From: Candidatus Fervidifonticultor primus | GTDB taxonomy: Bacteria; Sysuimicrobiota; Sysuimicrobiia; Sysuimicrobiales; Humicultoraceae | Assembly: GCA_031459855.1 (NCBI GenBank) | Contig: JAVKHP010000001.1 | Coordinates: 1,424,429-1,488,428 of the forward strand | DNA length: 64,000 nucleotides | Direction of reading: 5' to 3' | Shown here: positions 29,986 to 38,676 of the stretch, in pieces | How the letters are laid out: every line of letters begins with the position of its first letter | Numbering within the stretch: position 1 is the stretch's first letter | Made by a program: the position numbers and the translations under genes | Notes under the pieces: model-generated | Database searches by the model: none | What the model saw: only the letters and a program-made list of their open reading frames with translations | What the model was told of the DNA's origin: nothing

Positions 29986-31098
29986 TCAGATCACCTGTCC
30001 GTACTTCTCGCGCATCAGGTCCCTGATGAACTTCGACACGTCGAGGGTCACCCGCAGGGCCCGGTGGACCTGGGCCTCGACGCGGTCGCCGCGGTAGAGG
30101 GGGTAACCTTCCATGAGCTTGCGGGCCTGGTCCTGGAACTCGCGGTCGGCGTTCATGCGGTCGATGCCCTCCCACAGGGTGCGCAGCGCCTCGGGCGGGG
30201 TGCCCTCGGGGGCCCAGATGCCGCGGCCGTAGGTCCAGGAGGCGGCCACGAGGGCGCGGAAGGCCTTCCAGCGCAGGAGGCCGTCGGGCTTTTTCTGGAA
30301 GAGCTGCTGGTAGACCTCGTAGACGGTGGGCAGGTCGGGCACGGCCGGATCGCGGACCATCTCGCCCTTCTCGTTGATGAAGCCCAGCGTCATGAGCCCC
30401 ACGGCCTTGCCCTCGCGCACCAGGGGCAGCACCTGCGAGGCGTAGACGAACGACGCCTGGAAGTCCAGCGAGAGCTCGCCCCGCTCGAAGGCCAGGCGGA
30501 TGGGGCCGCGGGACTCGAAGCCGAAGACCACCTTGGGGGCGATCCCCAGCAGCTCGAAAGCCAGGAGTGCCGGCAGCTCGACCCCGGGTGGGGTGTTGCT
30601 GCCGAAGACCAGGCCCGTGGCCTTGGGCAGGTCGGCGGCGGTGCGCACGCCGGCCCGCGGCGACGCGTAGATCACCGCCCCGGAGCCGTTGATCGACACC
30701 AGGCGCCAGCGTGTGAAGTCGTAGCGCACGGCGGGGTTGCCGAGCATGTAGGCCACCTTGGACGCCACCGTGCTCGCCAGCAGCATGGAGCCATCGGGCT
30801 TGGCGTTGGCGGCGAACCAGTTCATCCCCAGCAGCGTCCCGCCCCCGGGCATGTTGCGGATGCGCACGGTGGGATTCCCGGGGATGTGCTTCTCGAGGTA
30901 GGGGGCCAGGAAGCGGTTGAGGATATCGGTGGCGCCGCCCACGGCCGTGGGCACTACCAGGTCGATCGTCTTGCCGGCGTAGAACGGCGCCTGCGCGCCG
31001 CCCGGCGTGCTCGCGCACAGGGCGAGCGCCAGGACGGCGATCAGCCAGGCGGTGTGTCGTACCCTCCGGCGTGCCGCGGGGTTCGCCACAGCGTCCAC
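29986..31098 (-). CDS. tctC: tripartite tricarboxylate transporter substrate-binding protein TctC (Bug family), paralog 1
   Basis: 370 aa, signal peptide, Bug/TctC fold; C-terminal 170 aa identical to neighbouring paralog; GTG start. Confidence 0.85.
   Translation of the reverse strand: MDAVANPAARRRVRHTAWLIAVLALALCASTPGGAQAPFYAGKTIDLVVPTAVGGATDILNRFLAPYLEKHIPGNPTVRIRNMPGGGTLLGMNWFAANAKPDGSMLLASTVASKVAYMLGNPAVRYDFTRWRLVSINGSGAVIYASPRAGVRTAADLPKATGLVFGSNTPPGVELPALLAFELLGIAPKVVFGFESRGPIRLAFERGELSLDFQASFVYASQVLPLVREGKAVGLMTLGFINEKGEMVRDPAVPDLPTVYEVYQQLFQKKPDGLLRWKAFRALVAASWTYGRGIWAPEGTPPEALRTLWEGIDRMNADREFQDQARKLMEGYPLYRGDRVEAQVHRALRVTLDVSKFIRDLMREKYGQVI
30047..30567. repeat. 521-bp near-identical block shared with 31258..31778 (about 99% identity, 4 mismatches)
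   Basis: Direct sequence comparison of the two tctC paralogs; a further 70-bp identical patch lies at about 30845..30915 vs 32055..32125, with about 75% identity in between. Confidence 0.9.
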
Positions 31099-31197
31099 CT
31101 CCTCGTATGTCTCGCCCCTCCCAACGCCGCCCGCGCCGTGCGCGGTGCCGGGTGCGCTGCAGACGGCGCCCCCGGCGTCAGTCCGGAAGGGGCGGCC

Positions 31198-32278
31198 TCA
31201 GATCGTCTGGCCGTACTTCTCCCGCAACAGATCGCGTACGTACCTGGTCACGTCCAGCGTCACCCGCAGGGCCCGGTGGACCTGAGCCTCGACGCGGTCG
31301 CCGCGGTAGAGGGGGTAACCTTCCATGAGCTTGCGGGCTTGGTCCTGGAACTCACGGTCGGCGTTCATGCGGTCGATGCCCTCCCACAGGGTGCGCAGCG
31401 CCTCGGGCGGGGTGCCCTCGGGGGCCCAGATGCCGCGGCCGTAGGTCCAGGAGGCGGCCACGAGGGCGCGGAAGGCCTTCCAGCGCAGGAGGCCGTCGGG
31501 CTTTTTCTGGAAGAGCTGCTGGTAGACCTCGTAGACGGTGGGCAGGTCGGGCACGGCCGGGTCGCGGACCATCTCGCCCTTCTCGTTGATGAAGCCCAGC
31601 GTCATGAGCCCCACGGCCTTGCCCTCGCGCACCAGGGGCAGCACCTGCGAGGCGTAGACGAACGACGCCTGGAAGTCCAGCGAGAGCTCGCCCCGCTCGA
31701 AGGCCAGGCGGATGGGGCCGCGGGACTCGAAGCCGAAGACCACCTTGGGGGCGATCCCCAGCAGCTCGAAAGCCAGGAGGGCTGGCACCGTGGCCCCGGG
31801 CGGCGAGTTGCTGCCGAAGGTCAGGTCGGTCGCCTTCGGGAGGTCGGCCGCCCGCCGCACCCCGGCCCGCGGCGCCGCATAGAAGACCCCGCCGCTGCCG
31901 TTGATGGCCACGAGCCGCATGCGCCGGAAGTCGTACCGCACCGCGGGGTTCTCCATCATGTACGCCACCTTGGACGACACGGTGCTGGCGAACAGCATGA
32001 GCCCGTCGGGTTTCGCGTTCGCCGCGAACCAGTTGCCGCCCAGGATGCTCCCGCCCCCGGGCATGTTGCGGATGCGCACGGTGGGATTCCCGGGGATGTG
32101 CTTCTCGAGGTAGGGGGCCAGGAACCGGTTGAGGATGTCGGTGGCGCCGCCCACGGCGCTGGGCACCACCAGCTCGACGGTCTTCCCGGCGTAGTACGGC
32201 GTCTGAGCCCTGGCGGCGGGCAGGCTGGCCGCCAGCAGCAGCCCGGCGGCCGCGATCAGGGTCCGCGTTCGCATCATG
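31198..32278 (-). CDS. tctC: tripartite tricarboxylate transporter substrate-binding protein TctC (Bug family), paralog 2
   Basis: ORF 31198..32364 trimmed to MMRTRTLIAAAGLLLAASLPAARAQ; GGGAGGA RBS. Confidence 0.85.
31258..31778. repeat. second copy of the 521-bp near-identical block (pairs with 30047..30567)
   Basis: See partner feature. Confidence 0.9.
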
Positions 32279-32378
32279 GTCGTGTCCTCCCGCGATCGTG
32301 TATATACTGGGCATGCTGGGTTGGCCCTGCCCCAGCAGGATCGAGACGGACCACAGGACAGCACCCGAGGGATGAGGG

Positions 32379-34874
32379 ATGTCGCAGCAGACCACGCATG
32401 GTGACGAGTTTCGCGCCCGGCACCGGGTTCCCGCCGACCAGGTCCGGTGGACCTGTGCCCCCGAGGACCTGCCCTTCGAGACCACCGCCGGCCTGGCGAT
32501 CGAGGACAGCATCGTGGGACAGGATCGGGCGGTGCGGGCTTTGGACTTCGGCCTCTCGGTGCCCCAGCCCGGGTACAACATCTTCGTCTCGGGACCCACC
32601 GGGACCGGCCGGACGACCTACACGCTCAGCCAGGTCACGCGGATCGCTGCGGCGCAGCCCGTGCCCTCCGACTGGGTGTACGTGCACAACTTCCAGCAGC
32701 CCGATCAGCCCCTTGCCATCAGCCTGCCGCCCGGGGAAGGCAGCCGGCTGCGGCGCGATGTCGACCGCCTCATCGAGGAGCTGAAGGATAGCATCCGCAA
32801 GCTGTTCGCCAGCGAAACATTCGAGGCCAAGCGGAGCGGGCTCCTGCACAGTTTCGAGCAGCGGGCCGGGGCCATCTGGCGGGAGCTGGAGCAGGAGGCG
32901 CGCCGGCTGGGCTTCGCCCTCCAGCGGACGCCCATGGGGATCGTGACGATCCCGGTCGGCCCCTCGGGCGACCCCCTGGCCGACGAACAGCTGCAGCAAC
33001 TGGGCGCCGCGCATCGGGACGAGCTCGAGCGCCGGGCCCGCGCGCTGCAGGAATCGGTGGCGGAGGCCACCCGGAAGGTCCGCACCATCGAACGCGAGGC
33101 CCGCGAGGCCCTGCAGGATCTGGAGCGGTCGGCCGTGCGCAGCGTGGCCAGCGTCGCCCTGGAGCCCCTGCGCCAGCGCTACGCCGACCACCCCAAGATC
33201 GTGGCCTGGCTCGACGCGTTCCTGGCCGACGTGGTCGAGCGGCACGACGACTTCAAGGAAGACGGGGAGCCGCACCCCCCGCTCCCGCTGCCGTTCCGGC
33301 GGCCCGACTTCACCCGGTACCGGGTCAACCTGTTCATCGACCACAGCAAGACCACCGGCGCCCCGGTCGTCTTCGAGTCGAACCCCACCTACTACAACCT
33401 GCTGGGGAAGGTGGAGTACCGCGGCGAGTTCGGCGCGCTGGTCACCGACTTCACCATGATCAAGCCCGGCGCGCTGCACCGCGCCAATGGCGGGTACCTG
33501 GTCCTCCAGGCGCGGGACGTGCTGCTGGCGCCGCTGGCCTGGGAGGCCCTCAAGCGCGCGCTGAAGAGCCGGGAGGTCCGCATCGAGAACATCGCCGAGC
33601 AGTACGGCCTGGTGCCCACCGCCAGCCTGCGCCCCGAGCCGATCCCCCTCGACGTGAAAGTGGTCGTCATCGGAGGCACGCTGCTCTACCATCTGCTCTA
33701 CCTCCTCGACGACGACTTCGCCAAGTTGTTCAAGATCAAGTCTGACTTCGACGTGGACATCGAGCGGACGCCGGAGACCATGGTGCAGTACTGCCAGGCG
33801 CTGGGCACCATCTGCCGGCGCCAGGGCCTGCTGCCCTTCGATCGGACCGCCGTGGCGCGCACGCTGGAGCAGAGCGCGCGCCTGGCCGAGCACCAGCGGC
33901 GGCTCTCGATGCGGTTCAACGACGTGGTGGACGTCCTCTACGAGGCCTCGGCCTGGGCCCGACGCGAGGGCGCCGCGGTGGTCACCGCCGCCCACGTGCG
34001 CCGGGCCATCGAGGAGCGCATCTACCGCAGCAACCGCATCGAGGAGCGGATCCGGCAGCTGATCCGCGAGGGGCAGCTGCTCGTCAGCGTCGACGGGGCG
34101 GTCGTGGGGCAGGTGAACGGCCTGTCAGTGCTGCAGCTGGGCGACTACGCTTTCGGGCGTCCGACGCGCATCACCGCCCGCACCTACGTGGGCGGCCGCG
34201 GCGTGGTCAACATCGAGCGCGAGACCCAGCTGTCGGGCCGCATCCACACCAAGGGCGTGTTCACCCTGGCCGCCTACCTGGGCGGGAAGTACGCCCAGCA
34301 GCGGCCGCTCTCCATGTCGGCGTCGATCACCTTCGAGCAGACCTACGAGGAGGTCGAGGGCGACTCCGCCTCCTCGACCGAACTGTACGCCCTGCTCTCG
34401 GACCTGGCGGGCGTGCCCATCGATCAGGGGATCGCCGTGACCGGCTCGGTCAACCAGAAGGGCGAGGTGCAGCCCATCGGCGGCGTCAACGAGAAGATCG
34501 AGGGGTTCTACTACACGTGCAAGGCCCTGGGGCTCACCGGGCGGCAGGGCGTGTTGATCCCCTACCAGAACCTGCCCAACCTCATGCTGAACGAAGAGGT
34601 GACCGAGGCGATCCGCGCGGGGCAGTTCCACGTCTGGGCGGTGCGGACCATCGACGAGGGGCTGGAGGTCCTGACCGGCATGCCGGCCGGCGAGGCCGAT
34701 GCCACCGGCGCCTTCCCCGACGGGACGCTCAACGCCCTGGTCAGCAAGCGGCTGGGCGAGCTCGCCGACCGCCTGCGCCGCTTCGGCCCGCTCGCCCGGG
34801 GCCGCGACGAGGGGCGCGAGGAGGGCCGCGAGGAGGCCGAGCGCAACGCACCCGACCCGCCGGCGCGGCCATGA
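32379..34874 (+). CDS. Lon-like protease, LonC type (AAA-like domain with degenerate Walker A, C-terminal S16 Lon protease domain)
   Basis: 831 aa; P-loop reads GPTGTGRTT (Arg where the Walker-A Lys is expected); long helical insert; C-terminal Lon catalytic Ser in EGDSASSTEL and Lys in NQKGEVQPIGG. Confidence 0.85.
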   Translation: MSQQTTHGDEFRARHRVPADQVRWTCAPEDLPFETTAGLAIEDSIVGQDRAVRALDFGLSVPQPGYNIFVSGPTGTGRTTYTLSQVTRIAAAQPVPSDWVYVHNFQQPDQPLAISLPPGEGSRLRRDVDRLIEELKDSIRKLFASETFEAKRSGLLHSFEQRAGAIWRELEQEARRLGFALQRTPMGIVTIPVGPSGDPLADEQLQQLGAAHRDELERRARALQESVAEATRKVRTIEREAREALQDLERSAVRSVASVALEPLRQRYADHPKIVAWLDAFLADVVERHDDFKEDGEPHPPLPLPFRRPDFTRYRVNLFIDHSKTTGAPVVFESNPTYYNLLGKVEYRGEFGALVTDFTMIKPGALHRANGGYLVLQARDVLLAPLAWEALKRALKSREVRIENIAEQYGLVPTASLRPEPIPLDVKVVVIGGTLLYHLLYLLDDDFAKLFKIKSDFDVDIERTPETMVQYCQALGTICRRQGLLPFDRTAVARTLEQSARLAEHQRRLSMRFNDVVDVLYEASAWARREGAAVVTAAHVRRAIEERIYRSNRIEERIRQLIREGQLLVSVDGAVVGQVNGLSVLQLGDYAFGRPTRITARTYVGGRGVVNIERETQLSGRIHTKGVFTLAAYLGGKYAQQRPLSMSASITFEQTYEEVEGDSASSTELYALLSDLAGVPIDQGIAVTGSVNQKGEVQPIGGVNEKIEGFYYTCKALGLTGRQGVLIPYQNLPNLMLNEEVTEAIRAGQFHVWAVRTIDEGLEVLTGMPAGEADATGAFPDGTLNALVSKRLGELADRLRRFGPLARGRDEGREEGREEAERNAPDPPARP

Positions 34875-35836
34875 ACGTCACGGTCGTCGGCGCCGGCGGC
34901 CTTGGCGGCTACTACGGCGGCCTCCTGGCGCGGGCGGGGCATGCCGTCACCTTCGTGGCCCGCGGCGCCCACCTCGAGGCGTTGCGCCACCAGGGCGGCG
35001 TGCGCGTCCAGGCCGCCGACGGCGAGTTCTTCGGCCCGGGGCGCGCGGTGGCCACGCCTGCCCAGGCGCCGCCGGCCGACCTGGTGCTCTTCACCGTGAA
35101 GTCGTTCGACACCCGCGTGGCCGCCGAGGCGCTGGCCGGTAGCCTGGCGCCCCAGACCGTGATCCTCTCGCTGCAGAACGGGGTGGACAACGAGGACGTG
35201 CTGGCCGCGGTCTGCGGCGCCGACCGCATCCTGGGCGGGACGGCCTACGTCTTCGCCACCATCGCGGCTCCGGGTACGATCGCCCAGACCGGCGGGCCGC
35301 GACGCGTCGTCATGGGCGCGTGGCCCCGTGGGGCCAGCCCTCGCGTCGAGCGCCTTGCGGCCACGTGTCGCGACGCAGGGTGGATCGTCGAGACGACCGA
35401 CGACATCCTGCGCGAGAAGTGGATCAAGTACGCCTTTATCTGCGCCCAGGCCGGCATGACCGCGGTGACCCGCCTGCCGGTGGGTGTGCTCCGCGCCTGT
35501 CCGCCCACGTGGGCGATGTTCCGCCAGCTCCTCGAGGAAGCCACCGCTGTGGGCCGCGCCCGCGGCGTGCACCTGCCCGACGACCTCGTCGAGCGCCACC
35601 TGGCGCTCGCCGCGCGCCTCGAGCCCCACGTCTCGTCGTCGCTCGCGTCCGACCTGGCGCAGGGGAAGCGCCTCGAGGTGGAGGCGTTGCACGGGACCCT
35701 GGTGCGCTACGGGCAGGACGCGCGCATTCCCACGCCGGCCGCTGCCGCCGTGTACGCGGCGCTGCTCCCGCACCACCTGCTGGCCACAGGTGCCCTCGGC
35801 TCCGACGGATCGATGACAGCGCCACTGCCAGGGTAG
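34871..35836 (+). CDS. panE: 2-dehydropantoate 2-reductase (ketopantoate reductase) family
   Basis: ORF 34517..35836 trimmed to MNVTVVGAGGLGGYYGGLLA (Rossmann); ATG overlaps lon stop (ATGA); ApbA/PanE N- and C-domains. Confidence 0.75.
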   Translation: MNVTVVGAGGLGGYYGGLLARAGHAVTFVARGAHLEALRHQGGVRVQAADGEFFGPGRAVATPAQAPPADLVLFTVKSFDTRVAAEALAGSLAPQTVILSLQNGVDNEDVLAAVCGADRILGGTAYVFATIAAPGTIAQTGGPRRVVMGAWPRGASPRVERLAATCRDAGWIVETTDDILREKWIKYAFICAQAGMTAVTRLPVGVLRACPPTWAMFRQLLEEATAVGRARGVHLPDDLVERHLALAARLEPHVSSSLASDLAQGKRLEVEALHGTLVRYGQDARIPTPAAAAVYAALLPHHLLATGALGSDGSMTAPLPG

Positions 35837-35876
35837 GCCCGCGCGCGGTGGCCGCGACACCGCCGCCGTCGGCGAC

Positions 35877-36145
35877 CACCGGTCTCTCTCGCCAGCTGCA
35901 GCCGCAACGCGCTGCCATCCTGCGGCCCGAGGAGCACGTCTTCGGCGATCACCGGTCTCTCTCGCCAGCTGCGGACAGCCGACGCGGCCCCGGCGTCGTC
36001 TTCTGTCGTCCACCCGCGCGGCGCAGGCATCAACGCATGACCGGCGGATAGCCGAAACGACACCGGCGTTGTCTTGTGCTGTCCACCCGCGCGGCGTAGG
36101 CATCGGCACATCACCTGCGGATGGCCGACGCAGCACCGGCGGGCA
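35877..36145. repeat. degenerate tandem array, 73-bp period, about 4 units
   Basis: caccggtctctctcgccagctgc at 35877 and 35950; gtctt(c/g)tg(t/c)cgtccacccgcgcggcg(c/t)aggcatc at 35998 and 36071; both pairs spaced exactly 73 bp. Confidence 0.7.
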
Positions 36146-36656
36146 GAAGGCGTCGCCGCGCCTACAGCGCACCGTCGTGGTCAGCCGAACAGTGGCCGTG
36201 CACCCCCCGTCGACGACCGTCCCCCGGGCGGTGTCCGCGCCGCTGGCTCAGGCCAGGTGCCCCTGCGGCACACGGAAGCGCTGACGTACCGTTGCTCCCT
36301 TCCGGGCCTGGCGGGGTTGGTCAGTTTCCGTTGCACAGGACCCGGCCGTCGTCGCTGCGCGCGCGGGCCTGACCCCACGAGACGACGCCTCGGGGTGGGA
36401 GTTCAGCCCCGCTGTAGCGGCTTGCGGGTACAGGGAACCGCTAGCTCCCCGCCTAGCACGGCCGCATCCATCATAGCACGGCAACGCCCGAGACGCGGGC
36501 ACCTGCTGTCGCGCCAGCGGATGCCCATGAGCGCAGGAGCCCGGTGGAGAGCCGTCGTCCCGGGCCGCGGTCGGCGCGCGCCGGGACGGCCCCGAGTCGC
36601 AGGAAGCCCCTGGCCGGCCGCGAACGTCCTCGGACGGCACCTCCCACCACCGGCTG

Positions 36657-38468
36657 ATGGAGTGGCCTCCGTGCACGCCGTTGGTGCACCGGGGGCATGG
36701 CTTATCCGGGACGGGTCGCGAGCAGGGGGCGGGGGCGGTGGCGGACAGCGGGATCTTGGTGGGCTACCCCTGGTACCGCTGGTACGAGCCCGGCGTGCCG
36801 TGGACCATCCAGGTCCCTGACCATCCCGTCCACGGGTTCCTCGACCAGAGCGCCCGGCGGTTTCCGCGGCACGTCGCGCTGATCCAGGCCGGGCCCAGGT
36901 TCGACCGGCGCCTCACGTACGCTGCCCTGGACCAGCTCACCGACCGCTTCGCCCGTGCCCTCGTCGCCCATGGCCTGCAGCCCGGCGATCGCGTGGCGGT
37001 GATCCTGCCCAACTGCCCGCAGTACGTGGTCGCCGCGTTTGGCATCTGGAAGGCCGGCGGCATCCTCGTGCAGACGAATCCGCTCTACAAGGGCCGGGAC
37101 CTCGCGTTCGTCCTGCAGGACGCCGGCGCGCGGTTCGCGGTGGGACTGTCGCGGCTCTACGACCAGCTCCGCGAGGTGCGACCGCACACGGCGCTGGAGA
37201 CGGTCTTCCTCACCAACCTTCACGACTTCTTCCCGCTGCGCTGGCGCCTGCTGTACGGGTGGCGCCGGGCACGGAAGGAAGGCGACGTGGTGCCAGCCAC
37301 GGCAGGCGTCGTGCCGTTCGCGACGGCACTGCAGGCTCCCCGTCTCGCACAGCGTCCGGCGGTTGCCCCCGACGAGGTCGCCGTCCTGCAGTACACGGGC
37401 GGCACCACCGGTGTGCCCAAGGCCGCGATGCTCACGCACCGCAACCTCGTGGCCAACGCCCTGCAGGCCCGAGCCTGGCTCCCCGATCTCCGGGAAGGCG
37501 CCGAGCGTATCCTGGCCGTAGTGCCGTTCTTCCACGTGTTCGGGCTCACTGTGTGCCTGAACGTGGCCGTCGCCCTCGCCGCCACCACGATCGTACTGCT
37601 CATGCGCCTGTTCGAGGCGAAGACGGTCGTGGAGGCGATGGCGCGCTACCGGCCCACGATCTTCCCCGGTGTCCCCGCCATGTACCTGGCCATCACGCAG
37701 ATGCGGGGCGTCGAGCGCTACGACCTCAGGTCGATCCGGGCGTGCGTCTCCGGCGCGGCCCCGCTGCCTGGCGAGGTTCAGCGGCGCTTCGAAGAGCTGA
37801 CCGGCGGACGCATCGTCGAGGGGTACGGCCTTTCGGAAGCCTCGCCGCTCACCCACGCCAATCCCATCCACGGCACGCGCAAGGTGGGCTCCATCGGCCT
37901 CCCCGTGCCGTCGACCGAGGCCAAGATCGTCGACGCCGAGACTGGCACGCGCGACCTGCCTCCTGGCGAGCTCGGCGAGCTCGTGATCCGCGGCCCGCAG
38001 GTGATGAAAGGTTACTGGCGCAAGCCCGGGGAGACGGCGGGGGCGCTTCGCAACGGCTGGCTGTACACGGGCGACATCGCCCGCATGGACGAGGACGGCT
38101 TTTTCTTCCTCGAGGATCGCAAGAAAGACATGGTGAACATCGGTGGGTTCAAGGTCTTCCCCCGGGAAGTCGAGGAGGTGCTCTACGCCCATCCCCACGT
38201 CCAGGAGGCGGCCGTCGTGGGGGTGCGCCACCGGATCCGGGGCGAGATGCTGGTGGCCCATGTCGTGCCCCGGGAGAGGGTGGACCCCCGGATGTTTGCG
38301 CGCGAGCTGTACGACCACTGCGCGCGCCACCTCTCGGCGTACAAGGTGCCCCGTCGCTTCGAGATCGTCGACGAGATTCCCAAGACGCTCCTGGGCAAGG
38401 CCCTCCGGCGCGCGATCCGCGAGCGAGAAGAAGCGCGGGCTGCGGCGGATGAAGGCGAGGAGACCTAG
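36657..38468 (+). CDS. long-chain fatty-acid--CoA ligase (AMP-dependent synthetase, FadD-like)
   Basis: AMP-binding motif YTGGTTGVPKAAMLTHRNL, GYGLSEASP, YKVPRRFE; true start probably an internal GTG/TTG around 36738. Confidence 0.85.
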   Translation: MEWPPCTPLVHRGHGLSGTGREQGAGAVADSGILVGYPWYRWYEPGVPWTIQVPDHPVHGFLDQSARRFPRHVALIQAGPRFDRRLTYAALDQLTDRFARALVAHGLQPGDRVAVILPNCPQYVVAAFGIWKAGGILVQTNPLYKGRDLAFVLQDAGARFAVGLSRLYDQLREVRPHTALETVFLTNLHDFFPLRWRLLYGWRRARKEGDVVPATAGVVPFATALQAPRLAQRPAVAPDEVAVLQYTGGTTGVPKAAMLTHRNLVANALQARAWLPDLREGAERILAVVPFFHVFGLTVCLNVAVALAATTIVLLMRLFEAKTVVEAMARYRPTIFPGVPAMYLAITQMRGVERYDLRSIRACVSGAAPLPGEVQRRFEELTGGRIVEGYGLSEASPLTHANPIHGTRKVGSIGLPVPSTEAKIVDAETGTRDLPPGELGELVIRGPQVMKGYWRKPGETAGALRNGWLYTGDIARMDEDGFFFLEDRKKDMVNIGGFKVFPREVEEVLYAHPHVQEAAVVGVRHRIRGEMLVAHVVPRERVDPRMFARELYDHCARHLSAYKVPRRFEIVDEIPKTLLGKALRRAIREREEARAAADEGEET

Positions 38469-38676
38469 GAGCCGACTCGTCTTGATCGTCAAATCGCGCA
38501 TTCAACATGCAGGCTCGAGGAGGGACCGAACAGGCTCTGCTGGGGGTTCCGGGCGAGCCGGTGCCCGACCTCGGCGCTTGGACCTTCAGTGACCTGCAAC
38601 GAGCAGGAGTCCAGCAAATGCTAGTGGAACTCCGGCTCACGCTCGCGGGCGACTCTGTGTGGTCCTGGTGGATCCC

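Noticed and set aside
32379-34874. BREX BrxL-type Lon-like protease (defence system marker)
   Set aside because: No PglX methyltransferase, BrxC ATPase or PglZ in the neighbourhood; the domain layout and degenerate P-loop fit LonC-type housekeeping proteases instead
35877-36145. Possible CRISPR array
   Set aside because: Only pairwise-similar units (23-bp and 34-bp cores), imperfect, period 73 bp with no uniform repeat/spacer structure, and no cas genes anywhere in the window
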